DNA of 32,000 nt from Alkalilimnicola ehrlichii MLHE-1 (GCF_000014785.1 NC_008340.1:2760001-2792000); one strand, 5' to 3'. Shown: positions 9,573 to 19,017, counted from the stretch's first letter. Program-made: numbers and translations. The notes: a model not told the origin generated them from the sequence alone.

Positions 9573-9770
9573 TTGGCTTGAGGGGGCGGGCGCGGTTTCG
9601 GTCGGGCCGACTTTTGCGCACCGAGCAACGCAACAAAATGTCGGAGAAAAGGCGCGCCTGTCCGAGCGAAGCGAGTTCGCGCCGCCGACATTTTGTGAGT
9701 AGCGCAGGGAACCCCGAAGGGGTGCGCAATCGGAGGCCCGACCGAAACCGCGCCCGCCCCCTCAAGCCAA
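9573..9770 (+). repeat. Nested-palindrome element, copy A (36-bp perfect outer arms 9573-9608 / 9735-9770 around a 126-nt conserved core)
   Basis: I checked the arms base by base as exact reverse complements. The core GACTTTTGCGCACC...GGTGCGCAATCGGA is shared with copies B and C. Its internal 12-bp stem is ACAAAATGTCGG/CCGACATTTTGT. Confidence 0.9.
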
Positions 9771-9793
9771 CACGGCAACGTCCCGATCAGCGA

Positions 9794-9821
9794 ATCCTAT
9801 CACCGCGCGACTCACCGTCAA
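9794..9821 (-). promoter_or_regulatory. Candidate sigma70 promoter of bioBFHC (TTGACG-N16-TAGGAT)
   Basis: The minus strand reads TTGACGgtgagtcgcgcggtgaTAGGAT. The -35 is at 9816-9821 and the -10 at 9794-9799. Transcription would then cross element A before reaching bioB. Confidence 0.35.
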
Positions 9822-9846
9822 CCTCATTGCAGTTGCTTCGGTTTAC
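9817..9846. promoter_or_regulatory. Candidate BirA operator (bioO-like inverted repeat GTCAACC-N16-GGTTTAC)
   Basis: Resembles the gammaproteobacterial BirA site TTGTAAACC-N14-16-GGTTTACAA. It lies in the bioB/comF divergent region and overlaps the candidate -35. Confidence 0.4.
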
Positions 9847-9920
9847 CACCAATTTTCATTAAAGGGGCCGATCGGTGGCGCTACACTGGGTGGGGTCACT
9901 CGGATGAACGGAGCAATGCC

Positions 9921-10709
9921 ATGGACGGTATCCACCACTGGTTGCGGGCGATCGGTCACGGCCTGGACCGGCTCTATCCGCCCCGCTGCGTGCTTTGCGG
10001 TGAGCCGGGGCAGCCGCCGGCGCTGGATCTGTGTGCCGGCTGCCAGGCGGACCTGCCATGGGTGGTGAACCCCTGCGCCCGTTGCGGGCAGCCGTTGCCG
10101 GAGGACAGCGCGGCGGACGGGTTGTGTGCGGATTGCCTATGCTGGCCGCCACGGTTCGATAAGGCCGTGGTGCCGCTGGATTACCGGTTTCCGGTGGATC
10201 GCCTGGTGACCGGTTTCAAGTTCCATGGCGGCCTGGCCACCGGGCGGGTGCTGGGGACGTTGCTGGCACAAGCGGCGGGGGCGCGAGGGGAGGCGCTGCC
10301 GGAGGTGCTGGTGCCGGTCCCGCTGCACCGGTCTCGGCTGATTGAGCGCGGCTACAACCAGGCGATGGAGCTGGCCCGGCATATCACCCGGATCCTGTCT
10401 GGGCGGCGGGTCTGGCACGGGGTGCGGCGGGTGCGGGCGACCAGCGCCCAGAGCGGGTTGGACCGGGCGCGCCGGTCGGGGAATGTGCGCGGGGCCTTTG
10501 TGCTGGAGGGGGCGCCGCCGGCGCAGCACGTGGCGCTGGTCGATGACGTGATGACCACGGGGGCGACGCTGGATGAGATCGCCGGGTGTCTGAAGGCCGC
10601 CGGGGTGGAGGTGGTGGAGGCCTGGGCGGTGGCGCGCACCCCACCCCCGGCCCACCAACCGGGCGGCTCGCCCGCTGCGGGCGACGGCCCGGTCGGGCCC
10701 GATGGGTGA
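9921..10709 (+). CDS. comF: ComF-family protein (phosphoribosyltransferase-like, GntX/ComFC type)
   Basis: N-terminal Cys pairs CVLCG...CAGC...CARCG...CADC, LVPVPLHRSRLIERGYNQA, and the PRT motif VALVDDVMTTGATL. Confidence 0.85.
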   Translation: MDGIHHWLRAIGHGLDRLYPPRCVLCGEPGQPPALDLCAGCQADLPWVVNPCARCGQPLPEDSAADGLCADCLCWPPRFDKAVVPLDYRFPVDRLVTGFKFHGGLATGRVLGTLLAQAAGARGEALPEVLVPVPLHRSRLIERGYNQAMELARHITRILSGRRVWHGVRRVRATSAQSGLDRARRSGNVRGAFVLEGAPPAQHVALVDDVMTTGATLDEIAGCLKAAGVEVVEAWAVARTPPPAHQPGGSPAAGDGPVGPDG

Positions 10710-10711
10710 GG

Positions 10712-11593
10712 TCAGCCGCCCAGATGCAGGTCCAGCAATAGGCCCAGGAAGATCAGGCCGCCCAGCCAGTTGTTGTTGAGGAAGGCCCGGAAGCAGTCCT
10801 CCCGGCGCCGCTCGCGGATCAGCCACTGCTGGTAGGCGAACAGCGCGGCGGCGGCGGCCAGGCCCAGGTACCAGAAGGCACCGAGGCCCACCACCAGTCC
10901 GGCCGCCACCAGCACGGCGAGCATGACCCCCTGCAGCACGCCGATGATGGCCCGGTCGGCCTGGCCGAAGAGCACCGCCGTGGATTTGACCCCGATTTTC
11001 AGGTCGTCGTCGCGGTCCACCATGGCGTACTGGGTATCGTAGATGGTCGCCCAGAGCACGGCGGAGAGGAACAGCAGCCAGGCCACCGGGGCCACCGCAC
11101 CGGTCTGGGCGGCGAAGGCCATGGGGATGGCCCAGCCGAAGGCCGCGCCCAGGTGGACCTGCGGGAAGTGGGTGTAGCGCTTCATGAAGGGATAGGTGGC
11201 GGCCAGGGCGACGGCCACCAGTGAGAGCGCGATGGTGAGCGGGTTCATCAGCAGCACCAGCCCGAAGGCCACCAGGCAAAGCACCACGAACAGGGTCAGC
11301 GCCTCGCGCTCGCTGACCCGGCCGTTGGCCATGGGGCGGTGGGTGGTGCGCTTGACGTGGCCGTCGAAATCCCGGTCGGCGTAGTCGTTGATGACGCAGC
11401 CGGCGGCGCGCATGATCAGCACCCCCAGTACGAACACCACCAGTACCTTGAGGTCGGGCAGCCCTTTAGCGGCAATCCACAAGCCCCAGAGCATGGGCCA
11501 GAGCAACAGGAAGTTGCCGATGGGCCGGTTCAGGCGGGTAAGCTGGGCGTACTGCCAGGCGCGGTCGCGCAGGTAGTCGGCGGTCATCTCCAT
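10712..11593 (-). CDS. ubiA: 4-hydroxybenzoate polyprenyltransferase UbiA
   Basis: [16 protein letters not shown], the NDYADRDFD motif, and multiple TM helices. ATG at 11593 (MEMTADY), 5 nt after the ubiC stop. Confidence 0.92.
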   Translation of the reverse strand: MEMTADYLRDRAWQYAQLTRLNRPIGNFLLLWPMLWGLWIAAKGLPDLKVLVVFVLGVLIMRAAGCVINDYADRDFDGHVKRTTHRPMANGRVSEREALTLFVVLCLVAFGLVLLMNPLTIALSLVAVALAATYPFMKRYTHFPQVHLGAAFGWAIPMAFAAQTGAVAPVAWLLFLSAVLWATIYDTQYAMVDRDDDLKIGVKSTAVLFGQADRAIIGVLQGVMLAVLVAAGLVVGLGAFWYLGLAAAAALFAYQQWLIRERRREDCFRAFLNNNWLGGLIFLGLLLDLHLGG

Positions 11594-11598
11594 GGCAC

Positions 11599-12147
11599 TC
11601 AATCCTCCAGGCTCTGCAGCAGGGGCGGCAGAAAGACTTCGGTCACCAGCAGGCCGGCATTGCCATACCACAGGCGCGAGCGGCGGGCCCAGCACCCGGC
11701 ACCGCCGCCGGGGACCCGGGCCGCCAGCGGGTCGCGGGGGCCAAGCCGGGCGATGCTGAGGGGCCCGCGGGCAACGGTGCGGCCGCGGAACAGCGCCCCG
11801 CCCAGGGGCGTGCGACCCAGCCGCGCCAGGCGCCGGCCATCGCCGGCCAGCGCCTCCGGCGGCATGATGGTGCGGGCGTAGATCCAGGCCTGGTCGCGGC
11901 TGCCGAGCAGCACCTCGCGGATGCGGGCGTGGCGCCCGTCCGACAGCTCCACCGCCCGGGCCTCATCGATACTGGGCCGGCCCCAGCGCTCCACCAGCAC
12001 GGTGACCTCGAGCCCGCCGGGCACGCTGCGTCGCAGCCGCGCGGTGAGCGAGCCGGGTTCGTCCAGCCACGCCTCCAGCCCGCGCGGCACCCTGCGTCGC
12101 GAGGGGTGGCGGCGCGGCCACCAGCTTGCCTCTTTGTTCCGGTACAA
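11599..12147 (-). CDS. ubiC: Chorismate--pyruvate lyase UbiC
   Basis: [22 protein letters not shown] and WARRSRL...LLVTEVFLP match the UbiC layout. TTG start at 12147 with GGAG 6 nt upstream; no in-frame ATG lies near the N-terminus. Confidence 0.8.
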
Positions 12148-12183
12148 ACGATTCTCCAGCTATCCAATCCAACCGGGGCCTGC

Positions 12184-12397
12184 TGTGGTCTGGCGGGGCG
12201 GAGCAGGGGCGGATGGTCGGTCAGGCCGACTTTTGCGCACCGAGCAACGCAGCGAAAGAGCGGAAAAAAGGCGCGCCTGTCCGAGCGAAGCGAGTTCGCG
12301 CCGCCGCTCTTTCGCGAGTAGCGCAGGGAACCCCGAAGGGGTGCGCAATCGGAGGCCTGACCGACCATCCGCCCCTGCTCCGCCCCGCCAGACCACA
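12184..12397 (+). repeat. Nested-palindrome element, copy B (44-bp perfect outer arms 12184-12227 / 12354-12397, 126-nt core)
   Basis: The arms are exact reverse complements, extendable to 48 bp with one mismatch. The core is identical to copy A except the internal stem pair GCGAAAGAGCGG/CCGCTCTTTCGC and one A/G. Confidence 0.9.
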
Positions 12398-12421
12398 ACA
12401 GTCCTCATACGGGGGAGGCAA

Positions 12422-14539
12422 TCAGACCTGGCCATAGCGCTCGGAGGCCCCGACCCAGCGCCTTACCAGCGGCTCCACCCGCTCCGGGTGCGCCTGCTGC
12501 AGCCGGTCGCCCAGTACCTGCACCCGCGGCAACAGGCCCGCATCCCGGTTGAGATCCGCCACCCGGTAGCTCAGTTCCCCGGTCTGACGGGTGCCGAGCA
12601 ACTCGCCGGGGCCGCGGATCTCCAAATCCCGCCGGGCGATCTCGAAGCCGTCGTTGCTCCGGCGCAGCACCTCCAGGCGCGCCCGCGCCGCCTGCGACAA
12701 CGGGCCATGATACATCAGCACGCAACTGCTTTCGGCCTCGCCCCGGCCCACCCGGCCGCGCAGCTGGTGCAACTGCGCCAACCCCAGCCGCTCGGCGTTC
12801 TCGATGATCATCAGGCTGGCGTTGGGCACGTTCACCCCCACCTCGATCACCGTGGTGGCCACCAACAGCCCGATCCGGCCGGCGGCAAAGTCCGCCATCA
12901 CCGTGTCCTTATCCGCCGGTTTCATGCGCCCATGCACCAACCCCACCCGGTGCCCGGGGAGGGCCGCCTGCAGGGCGGCGTAGGTCTCCTCCGCGGCCTG
13001 GGCCTCCAGCACCTCCGAGTCCTCAATCAGGGTGCAGACCCAATAGGCCTGCCGGCCCTGGGCCAGCGCGGCGCCGATGCGTGCCACCACCTCGTCCCGC
13101 CGAGTCTCCGAGACGGCCACGGTCTTCACCGGCTTGCGGCCCGGGGGCAGTTGGTCGATCACCGAGACGTCCAGGTCGGCGTAGGCGGTCATCGCCAGGG
13201 TGCGCGGGATGGGGGTGGCGGTCATGATGATCTGGTGGGGCTGGCTCCGCCCCCGGTGGCCCTTCTCCTTCAGGGCCAGGCGCTGGTGCACACCGAAGCG
13301 GTGCTGCTCGTCGACGATGACCAGCCCCAGGGCCTGGAAACGCACGTCGTCCTGGAACAGGGCGTGGGTGCCCACCACCACCGGGTAGTCCCCGGCCGCC
13401 AGCGCCGCCAGCATGGCCTCCCGCCGCCGCCCGGCAGCGCGCCCCGACACCCAGCCCACGGGGATATCCAGCGGCGCCAGCCATTCGTTGAAGCTGCGCC
13501 AGTGCTGCTCCGCCAGCAGCTCGGTGGGCGCCATGATGGCGGCTTGATAGCCGGCCTCCACGGCCCGAAGGGCGGCCAGGGCCGCGACCACGGTCTTGCC
13601 GGAACCCACGTCACCCTGGACCAGGCGCAGCATGGGCACCGACCGGGTCATGTCCTCCGCCAGCTCCCGGTCCACCCGGCGCTGGGCCTCGGTGAGCGCG
13701 AAGGGGAGTGAGTCCAACAACCGGCGGGTGAGGCGGCCGTCGCCGTGGATGGTGGGGGCGTCGGCGGCGGCCTGCAGGTGGGCGCGCAGCCGGCGCATGG
13801 AGAGGTGGTGGGCCAACAGCTCTTCCACCGCCAGCCGCTGGACACAGGGGTGGCGGCCCTCGACCAGCGGTGCGGTGTCGGCATCCACCGGTGGCTTGTG
13901 CACGTAGTACAGGGCCTCGGCCAGCGCGGGCAGCCCCAGCTCGCGGGTCAGTTCCGCGGGCAGCCAGTCGGGCATGTGCCGCGCCAGGGCCAGGGCCTGG
14001 TCGATGAGCTTGCGCAGGGTCTGTTGGTGCAGGCCCTGGGTGGTGGGATAGACCGGGGTGAGGCCGTGCGGGCCCTCGTCGCCGGCGCTGGCGCGGGGGC
14101 CCAGGCGGTACTCCGGGTGCACCATCTGCGGGCCGGTGGGGCCGGGGCGCAGTTCACCGAAGCAGCGGATGGGGGTGCCGGGGCGCATCTGCTGGCGCTG
14201 CCCCGGGTGGAAGTGGAAGAACACCAGATCGGCGCTGCCAGTGCCGTCGCTGATCTGCACGATGAGCCGTTTGCGCCGCCCCTCGGCGATACCGGCATGC
14301 TCCACCCGGCCGATGACGACGCCGGACTCCCCCGGGCGCAGGGCGCCGAGCCGGCGGACGGTGTCACGGTCCTCGTAGCGCAGCGGCAGGTGGAACAGCA
14401 GGTCCTGCACGGTCGCCAGGTGCAGACGGGCCAGGCGCTCGGCCAGTTGCGGCCCGACCCCGCGCAGCGCGGTGATCGGCTGGCCGGCCGGGTCCTGGTC
14501 GCTGGCGGATGCGCTGCTGGGGGCCTGGGGTTCACTCAC
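12422..14539 (-). CDS. recG: ATP-dependent DNA helicase RecG
   Basis: Walker A GDVGSGKT, DEQHRFG, QLHQLRGRVGRG, and an N-terminal wedge region. GTG start at 14539. Confidence 0.95.
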   Translation of the reverse strand: MSEPQAPSSASASDQDPAGQPITALRGVGPQLAERLARLHLATVQDLLFHLPLRYEDRDTVRRLGALRPGESGVVIGRVEHAGIAEGRRKRLIVQISDGTGSADLVFFHFHPGQRQQMRPGTPIRCFGELRPGPTGPQMVHPEYRLGPRASAGDEGPHGLTPVYPTTQGLHQQTLRKLIDQALALARHMPDWLPAELTRELGLPALAEALYYVHKPPVDADTAPLVEGRHPCVQRLAVEELLAHHLSMRRLRAHLQAAADAPTIHGDGRLTRRLLDSLPFALTEAQRRVDRELAEDMTRSVPMLRLVQGDVGSGKTVVAALAALRAVEAGYQAAIMAPTELLAEQHWRSFNEWLAPLDIPVGWVSGRAAGRRREAMLAALAAGDYPVVVGTHALFQDDVRFQALGLVIVDEQHRFGVHQRLALKEKGHRGRSQPHQIIMTATPIPRTLAMTAYADLDVSVIDQLPPGRKPVKTVAVSETRRDEVVARIGAALAQGRQAYWVCTLIEDSEVLEAQAAEETYAALQAALPGHRVGLVHGRMKPADKDTVMADFAAGRIGLLVATTVIEVGVNVPNASLMIIENAERLGLAQLHQLRGRVGRGEAESSCVLMYHGPLSQAARARLEVLRRSNDGFEIARRDLEIRGPGELLGTRQTGELSYRVADLNRDAGLLPRVQVLGDRLQQAHPERVEPLVRRWVGASERYGQV

Positions 14540-14569
14540 GGCTGAATTCCGTTGGCCGGGGCTCGGGGC

Positions 14570-14783
14570 GGGCGGCCGTGCCCGGTCTGCTCGGGGTCAT
14601 CATCGCTGGGGCCTCCGATTGCGCACCCCTTCGGGGTTCCCTGCGCTACTCGCGAAAGAGCGGCGGCGCGAACTCGCTTCGCTCGGACAGGCGCGCCTTG
14701 TTTCCGCTCTTTCGCTGCGTTGCTCGGTGCGCAAAAGTCGGCCCCAGCGATGATGACCCCGAGCAGACCGGGCACGGCCGCCC
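14570..14783 (-). repeat. Nested-palindrome element, copy C (44-bp perfect outer arms 14570-14613 / 14740-14783, 126-nt core, inverted relative to A and B)
   Basis: The reverse complement of 14614-14739 equals the copy B core with a single A-to-C change. The outer arm sequence is unrelated to B apart from the core-proximal GGCC. Confidence 0.9.
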
Positions 14784-14803
14784 TCCTGGGCATTGGTCAG
14801 GGA

Positions 14804-15187
14804 TTACGGCAGGACCAGGACTGCGTCCATCTCCACCTGGGCCCCCTTCGGGAGCTCGGCCACGCCGATGGCGGCACGGGCCGGATAGGGCTCGGCGAAG
14901 TACTCCTGCATGATCTCGTTGACCAGGCCGAAATGGCTCAGATCGGTAAGGAAGATGTTCAGCTTCACCACGTCGGCCAGCTTGCCGTCAGCGGCCTCGG
15001 CCACCGCCTGGAGGTTGTCGAAGACCCGGCGGACCTGGGCCTCCATGTCGCCCTCCACCAATTGCATGGTCTCCGGCACCAGCGGGATCTGGCCGGACAG
15101 GTAGACGGTGCGCCCGGCGCGGATGGCCTGGGAATAGGGGCCGATGGCGGCGGGTGCGCGGTCGGTCTGGATGGTCTTGCGTTCCAT
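14804..15187 (-). CDS. ridA: RidA/YjgF-family reactive-intermediate deaminase
   Basis: [12 protein letters not shown]...GQIP...KLNIFLTD...[27 protein letters not shown] at 15187 (MERKTIQ). Confidence 0.9.
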   Translation of the reverse strand: MERKTIQTDRAPAAIGPYSQAIRAGRTVYLSGQIPLVPETMQLVEGDMEAQVRRVFDNLQAVAEAADGKLADVVKLNIFLTDLSHFGLVNEIMQEYFAEPYPARAAIGVAELPKGAQVEMDAVLVLP

Positions 15188-15213
15188 TGCAGGTCCTTTT
15201 CTCGGTTTGGCGT

Positions 15214-17406
15214 TCAATTGCCCCGGCGCCGGGTGATGCGCTGGACCGGGCGGGTCACGCGCAACCGGCGCATGATATTGGCCAGGTGCCGGCGATCACG
15301 CACGCTGAGCGTGAAACGCACGGTGGAGATCATGGCATCGCGCTCATCGATGACCACGTTGTCGATGTTGCCCTCGGCGTCGGCAATGGTGCTGGCCAGG
15401 GTCGCGAGCACACCGCGCTCATTGACCACATCCACCGCGATAACCGTGGGGAAGACACCCGCCACCTCCGGCTCCCACTGCACGTCGATCCACTTGTCGG
15501 CCTGCTTGCGCGAGGCGACCACGTTGCGGCAATCGCGGTGGTGCACCACCACCCCGCGCCCGGAGCTGGCGAAGCCGACAATCGGGTCTCCGGGGATGGG
15601 CCGGCAACACTTGCCAAAGGTCACGACGGTGCCCTCGGTACCGCGGATACTGAGCTGCTGGCGGTCGGCCTGGTGCGGCGCCGGATGTTCCTTCCCCTCC
15701 TCGGTCACCTCCTGAGCCACGCCAGCCAGCTTCTGCGCCACCACCCAGGGCACCCGACGGCCGAGGCCGACGGCGCGCAAAAGGCTGGGCAGGTCGGGCT
15801 CGCCCAACGCCCTGGCCCGCTCGCGGATATCGTCCGCGGGCAGATCGTCCAGCGCGAGGGAAAGGGTGCTGAGGGCCCGGTCAAGCATGCGCCGCCCCAA
15901 GTCCTCGGCCTCGTGGTCCTTGAGCTTCTTGAGCGAATGACGGATGGCGGCGCGGGCCTTGGCGGTGACCACGAAATCCAGCCACACCGGGTTGGGCCGG
16001 CCCACAGGGGCGGTGATGACCTCCACCATCTGGCCGGTCTGCAGCGGGGTGCGCAGCGGCGTGAGGCGGTGATCCACCTTGGCGGCGATGCAGGCGTTGC
16101 CGACATCGGAGTGCACCGCATAGGCGAAATCCACCGGGGTGGCGCCGCTGGGCAGTTCCATGATCTCGCCCTTGGGGGTAAAGACGTAGATCTCGTCCGG
16201 GAGCAGGTCGATCTTGACGTTCTCGATGAACTCCAGGGAGTTACCGGCCGTCTCCTGGATCTCCAGCAACCCTTTGACCCACTCCCGTGCCCGCACCTGG
16301 GCCGTATTGCCGGCATTGCCCTCGGACTTGTAGAGCCAGTGGGCGGCGATACCCGATTCCGCCACCTGATCCATCTCCCAGGTGCGGACCTGCACCTCCA
16401 GGCGGATGCGATGAGGGCCGATCAGGGTCGTGTGCAGGGATTGGTAGCCGTTGGCCTTGGGGATGGCGATGTAGTCTTTGACGCGACCGGGGCGGGGTTT
16501 GTACAGGCCGTGCAGGACCCCGAGCATGCGGTAACAGTCGTCCACCGATTCCACCAATACCCGGAACCCGTAGACATCAAAGACATCACGGAAGTTGAGC
16601 CCCTTGGTCTGCATCTTCTGGTAGATGCTCCAGAGGTGCTTCTCCCGGCCGGAGACCTGGCCCTGGATGGCCGCCTCGGCCATCCGGCCCTCGATGACCT
16701 CGCAGACCTTGTCGATGATCTCGCCCCGGTGACCGCGCTGACGACGCAGTTTCTCCTTGAGAACCCGATAGCGCAGCGGGTAGAGCGCGGCAAAGCCCAG
16801 GTCCTCCAGTTCGACGCGGACGGTATTGATGCCCAGGCGCTGGGCGATGGGGGCGTAGATCTCGAGGGTCTCGCGGGCGATCCGGCGGCGCTTGTGGGGC
16901 GCCATCACCCAGATGGTGCGCATGTTGTGCAGTCGGTCGGCCAGTTTAATCAGGATGACCCGGATGTCCCGGGCCATGGCCAGCACCATCTTGCGGAAGT
17001 TCTCGGCCTGGGCCTCAGCCTTGGACTTGAAGTCGATCTGGGTGAGTTTGGATACCCCGTCCACCAGTTCGGCAACGTCGTCGCCGAACTGGCTGCGCAA
17101 CTGCTCCTTGGCGGTGGGGGTGTCCTCGATGACGTCGTGGAGGATGGCGGCGACAATGCTGTCGCCGTCCATGCGCATCTCGGCGAGGATGCGCGCCACT
17201 GCCAGCGGGTGGGTAATGTAGGGTTCGCCGGACAGCCGACGCTGGCCGGCATGGGCCTCGGCACCGAAACGATAGGCCTCGTAGACCTGCTGAACCTGTT
17301 TGGGTTCTAGATAGGTCTCCAGCAGGGAGCACAGCTCGCTGGCCCGGCGGGCCGGTTCGCGGCTCAGGCGCTGTTCATGCGGGGACAAGGCCTCGGCGCG
17401 ACCCAT
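15214..17406 (-). CDS. spoT: Bifunctional (p)ppGpp synthetase/hydrolase SpoT
   Basis: HD hydrolase motif HDVIEDT, synthetase region YQSLHTT...EVQVRT, TGS segment [27 protein letters not shown], and a C-terminal ACT domain. ATG at 17406 was chosen. Confidence 0.93.
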   Translation of the reverse strand: MGRAEALSPHEQRLSREPARRASELCSLLETYLEPKQVQQVYEAYRFGAEAHAGQRRLSGEPYITHPLAVARILAEMRMDGDSIVAAILHDVIEDTPTAKEQLRSQFGDDVAELVDGVSKLTQIDFKSKAEAQAENFRKMVLAMARDIRVILIKLADRLHNMRTIWVMAPHKRRRIARETLEIYAPIAQRLGINTVRVELEDLGFAALYPLRYRVLKEKLRRQRGHRGEIIDKVCEVIEGRMAEAAIQGQVSGREKHLWSIYQKMQTKGLNFRDVFDVYGFRVLVESVDDCYRMLGVLHGLYKPRPGRVKDYIAIPKANGYQSLHTTLIGPHRIRLEVQVRTWEMDQVAESGIAAHWLYKSEGNAGNTAQVRAREWVKGLLEIQETAGNSLEFIENVKIDLLPDEIYVFTPKGEIMELPSGATPVDFAYAVHSDVGNACIAAKVDHRLTPLRTPLQTGQMVEVITAPVGRPNPVWLDFVVTAKARAAIRHSLKKLKDHEAEDLGRRMLDRALSTLSLALDDLPADDIRERARALGEPDLPSLLRAVGLGRRVPWVVAQKLAGVAQEVTEEGKEHPAPHQADRQQLSIRGTEGTVVTFGKCCRPIPGDPIVGFASSGRGVVVHHRDCRNVVASRKQADKWIDVQWEPEVAGVFPTVIAVDVVNERGVLATLASTIADAEGNIDNVVIDERDAMISTVRFTLSVRDRRHLANIMRRLRVTRPVQRITRRRGN

Positions 17407-17419
17407 ACATGCGCCGTCC

Positions 17420-17743
17420 TCAGCCGTCCTGGCCGGGCGTCTTTGGCGCGTCACCCTCGCCCTGGCCGGCGTCGGCGTTGCCCTTGGCCGCTTCCTCTTC
17501 CATCAGGGCGCTGGCCTCGGCCTCGAAATCCAACACGGGCTCGGGCTGCTCCTCGAGGATCTCGCGGCCAACGTGGCCGTCGGCGATCTCGCGCAGGGCG
17601 ACGACGGTGGGCTTGTCATTGTCCCAATCCACATGGGCCTCGGCGCCATTAGCCAGTTGGCGGGCGCGCTTGGACCCGACCAGCACTAGCTGGAAGCGGT
17701 TGTCCATATTGGTGAGGCAGTCCTCAACGGTAACTCGGGCCAT
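17420..17743 (-). CDS. rpoZ: RNA polymerase omega subunit
   Basis: [10 protein letters not shown]...[16 protein letters not shown]; GGAGG lies 8 nt upstream of the ATG. Confidence 0.95.
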   Translation of the reverse strand: MARVTVEDCLTNMDNRFQLVLVGSKRARQLANGAEAHVDWDNDKPTVVALREIADGHVGREILEEQPEPVLDFEAEASALMEEEAAKGNADAGQGEGDAPKTPGQDG

Positions 17744-17791
17744 CGGCCAACCTCCGGGTAAAGGTGAGTCAAGGGGTTGTCTGTTAGTTCA

Positions 17792-17820
17792 ATTCTATAG
17801 ACTTGCGGTCGGGACATAAA
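17792..17820 (-). promoter_or_regulatory. Candidate rpoZ promoter (-10 TAGAAT, weak -35 TTTATG)
   Basis: The minus strand reads TTTATG-N17-TAGAAT in the only AT-rich patch between the repeat array and rpoZ. Confidence 0.3.
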
Positions 17821-17869
17821 GGACGTTGCACTGCAACGTGACAAACCAGTCAGAGCAGCGCACCAATCC

Positions 17870-18350
17870 GGGGCAGTGACGGGGGAGTCACCCCGCCGAT
17901 CTTGCCTGCCCCACTCCCCGCCGCGCGGGCCGACGGCTTTCTCCCCGTCGTCGCGAGGGCCGAAGGCTTTCCCCGTCGTCGCGAGGGCCGCAGGCCCGTG
18001 GCGATCCAGGCGGTGGACTGCCACGTCGGCTTCGCCTCCTCGCAGTGACGAGGGGGCCCCTCCCCCGTCATCGCGAGGGCCGAAGGCCCGTGGCGATCCA
18101 GGCGGTGGACTGCCACGTCGGCTTCGCCTCCTCGCAGTGACGAGGGGGCCCCTCCCCCGTCATCGCGAGGGCCGAAGGCCCGTGGCGATCCAGGCGGTGG
18201 ACTGCCGCGTCGGCTTCGCCTCCTCGCAGTGACGAGGGGCCCCTCCCCCGTCATCGCGAGGGCCGAAGGCCCGTGGCGATCCAGGCGGTGGACTGCCGCG
18301 TCGGCTTCGCCTCCTCGCAGTGACGAGGGGGCCCCTTCGCAGTGACGGTG
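17870..18350. repeat. Array 1 of GC-rich quasi-palindromic units (about 4.3 tandem copies, period 91-92 bp)
   Basis: The unit GTCATCGCGAGGGCCGAAGGCCCGTGGCGATCCAGGCGGTGGACTGCC(A/G)CGTCGGCTTCGCCTCCTCGCAGTGACGAGGGGGCCCCTCCCCC starts at 17975, 18067, 18159 and 18250. Confidence 0.9.
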
Positions 18351-18372
18351 GGGGCGGGCTCGCGCTTTCCCA

Positions 18373-19017
<645 letters not shown>

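Noticed and set aside
9532-9765. N-terminal extension of the bioB ORF to 9765, and the other small ORFs across 9491-9862, 12126-12437 and 14472-14913
   Set aside because: They translate the palindromic repeat elements. The same 'peptides' appear on both strands and in several frames, which is a property of the inverted repeat rather than of coding sequence.
11921-13711. 596-aa plus-strand ORF, and 13745..14545 (+)
   Set aside because: Both are antisense to recG and ubiC and run through repeat element B. No motifs.
9573-14783. Nested-palindrome elements as MITEs, IS ends, integron attC sites, tRNA-like genes or plain terminators
   Set aside because: No conserved terminal inverted repeat or target-site duplication, which argues against a MITE or IS end. 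attC sites conserve the ends and vary the centre, which is the opposite pattern. There is no cloverleaf or T-loop. Stems of 36-44 bp plus a 126-nt structured core are far larger than terminators, and only a short imperfect U-run lies inside the element. I therefore kept them as an unexplained family in the findings.
15154-17310. 718-aa plus-strand ORF
   Set aside because: Antisense shadow of spoT. Only the minus-strand frame has the HD, synthetase, TGS and ACT motifs.
17945-18345. Possible CRISPR array (regular 91-92 bp period)
   Set aside because: The entire period is repeated nearly identically, so there are no unique spacers. The units are long quasi-palindromes, and no cas genes are nearby.
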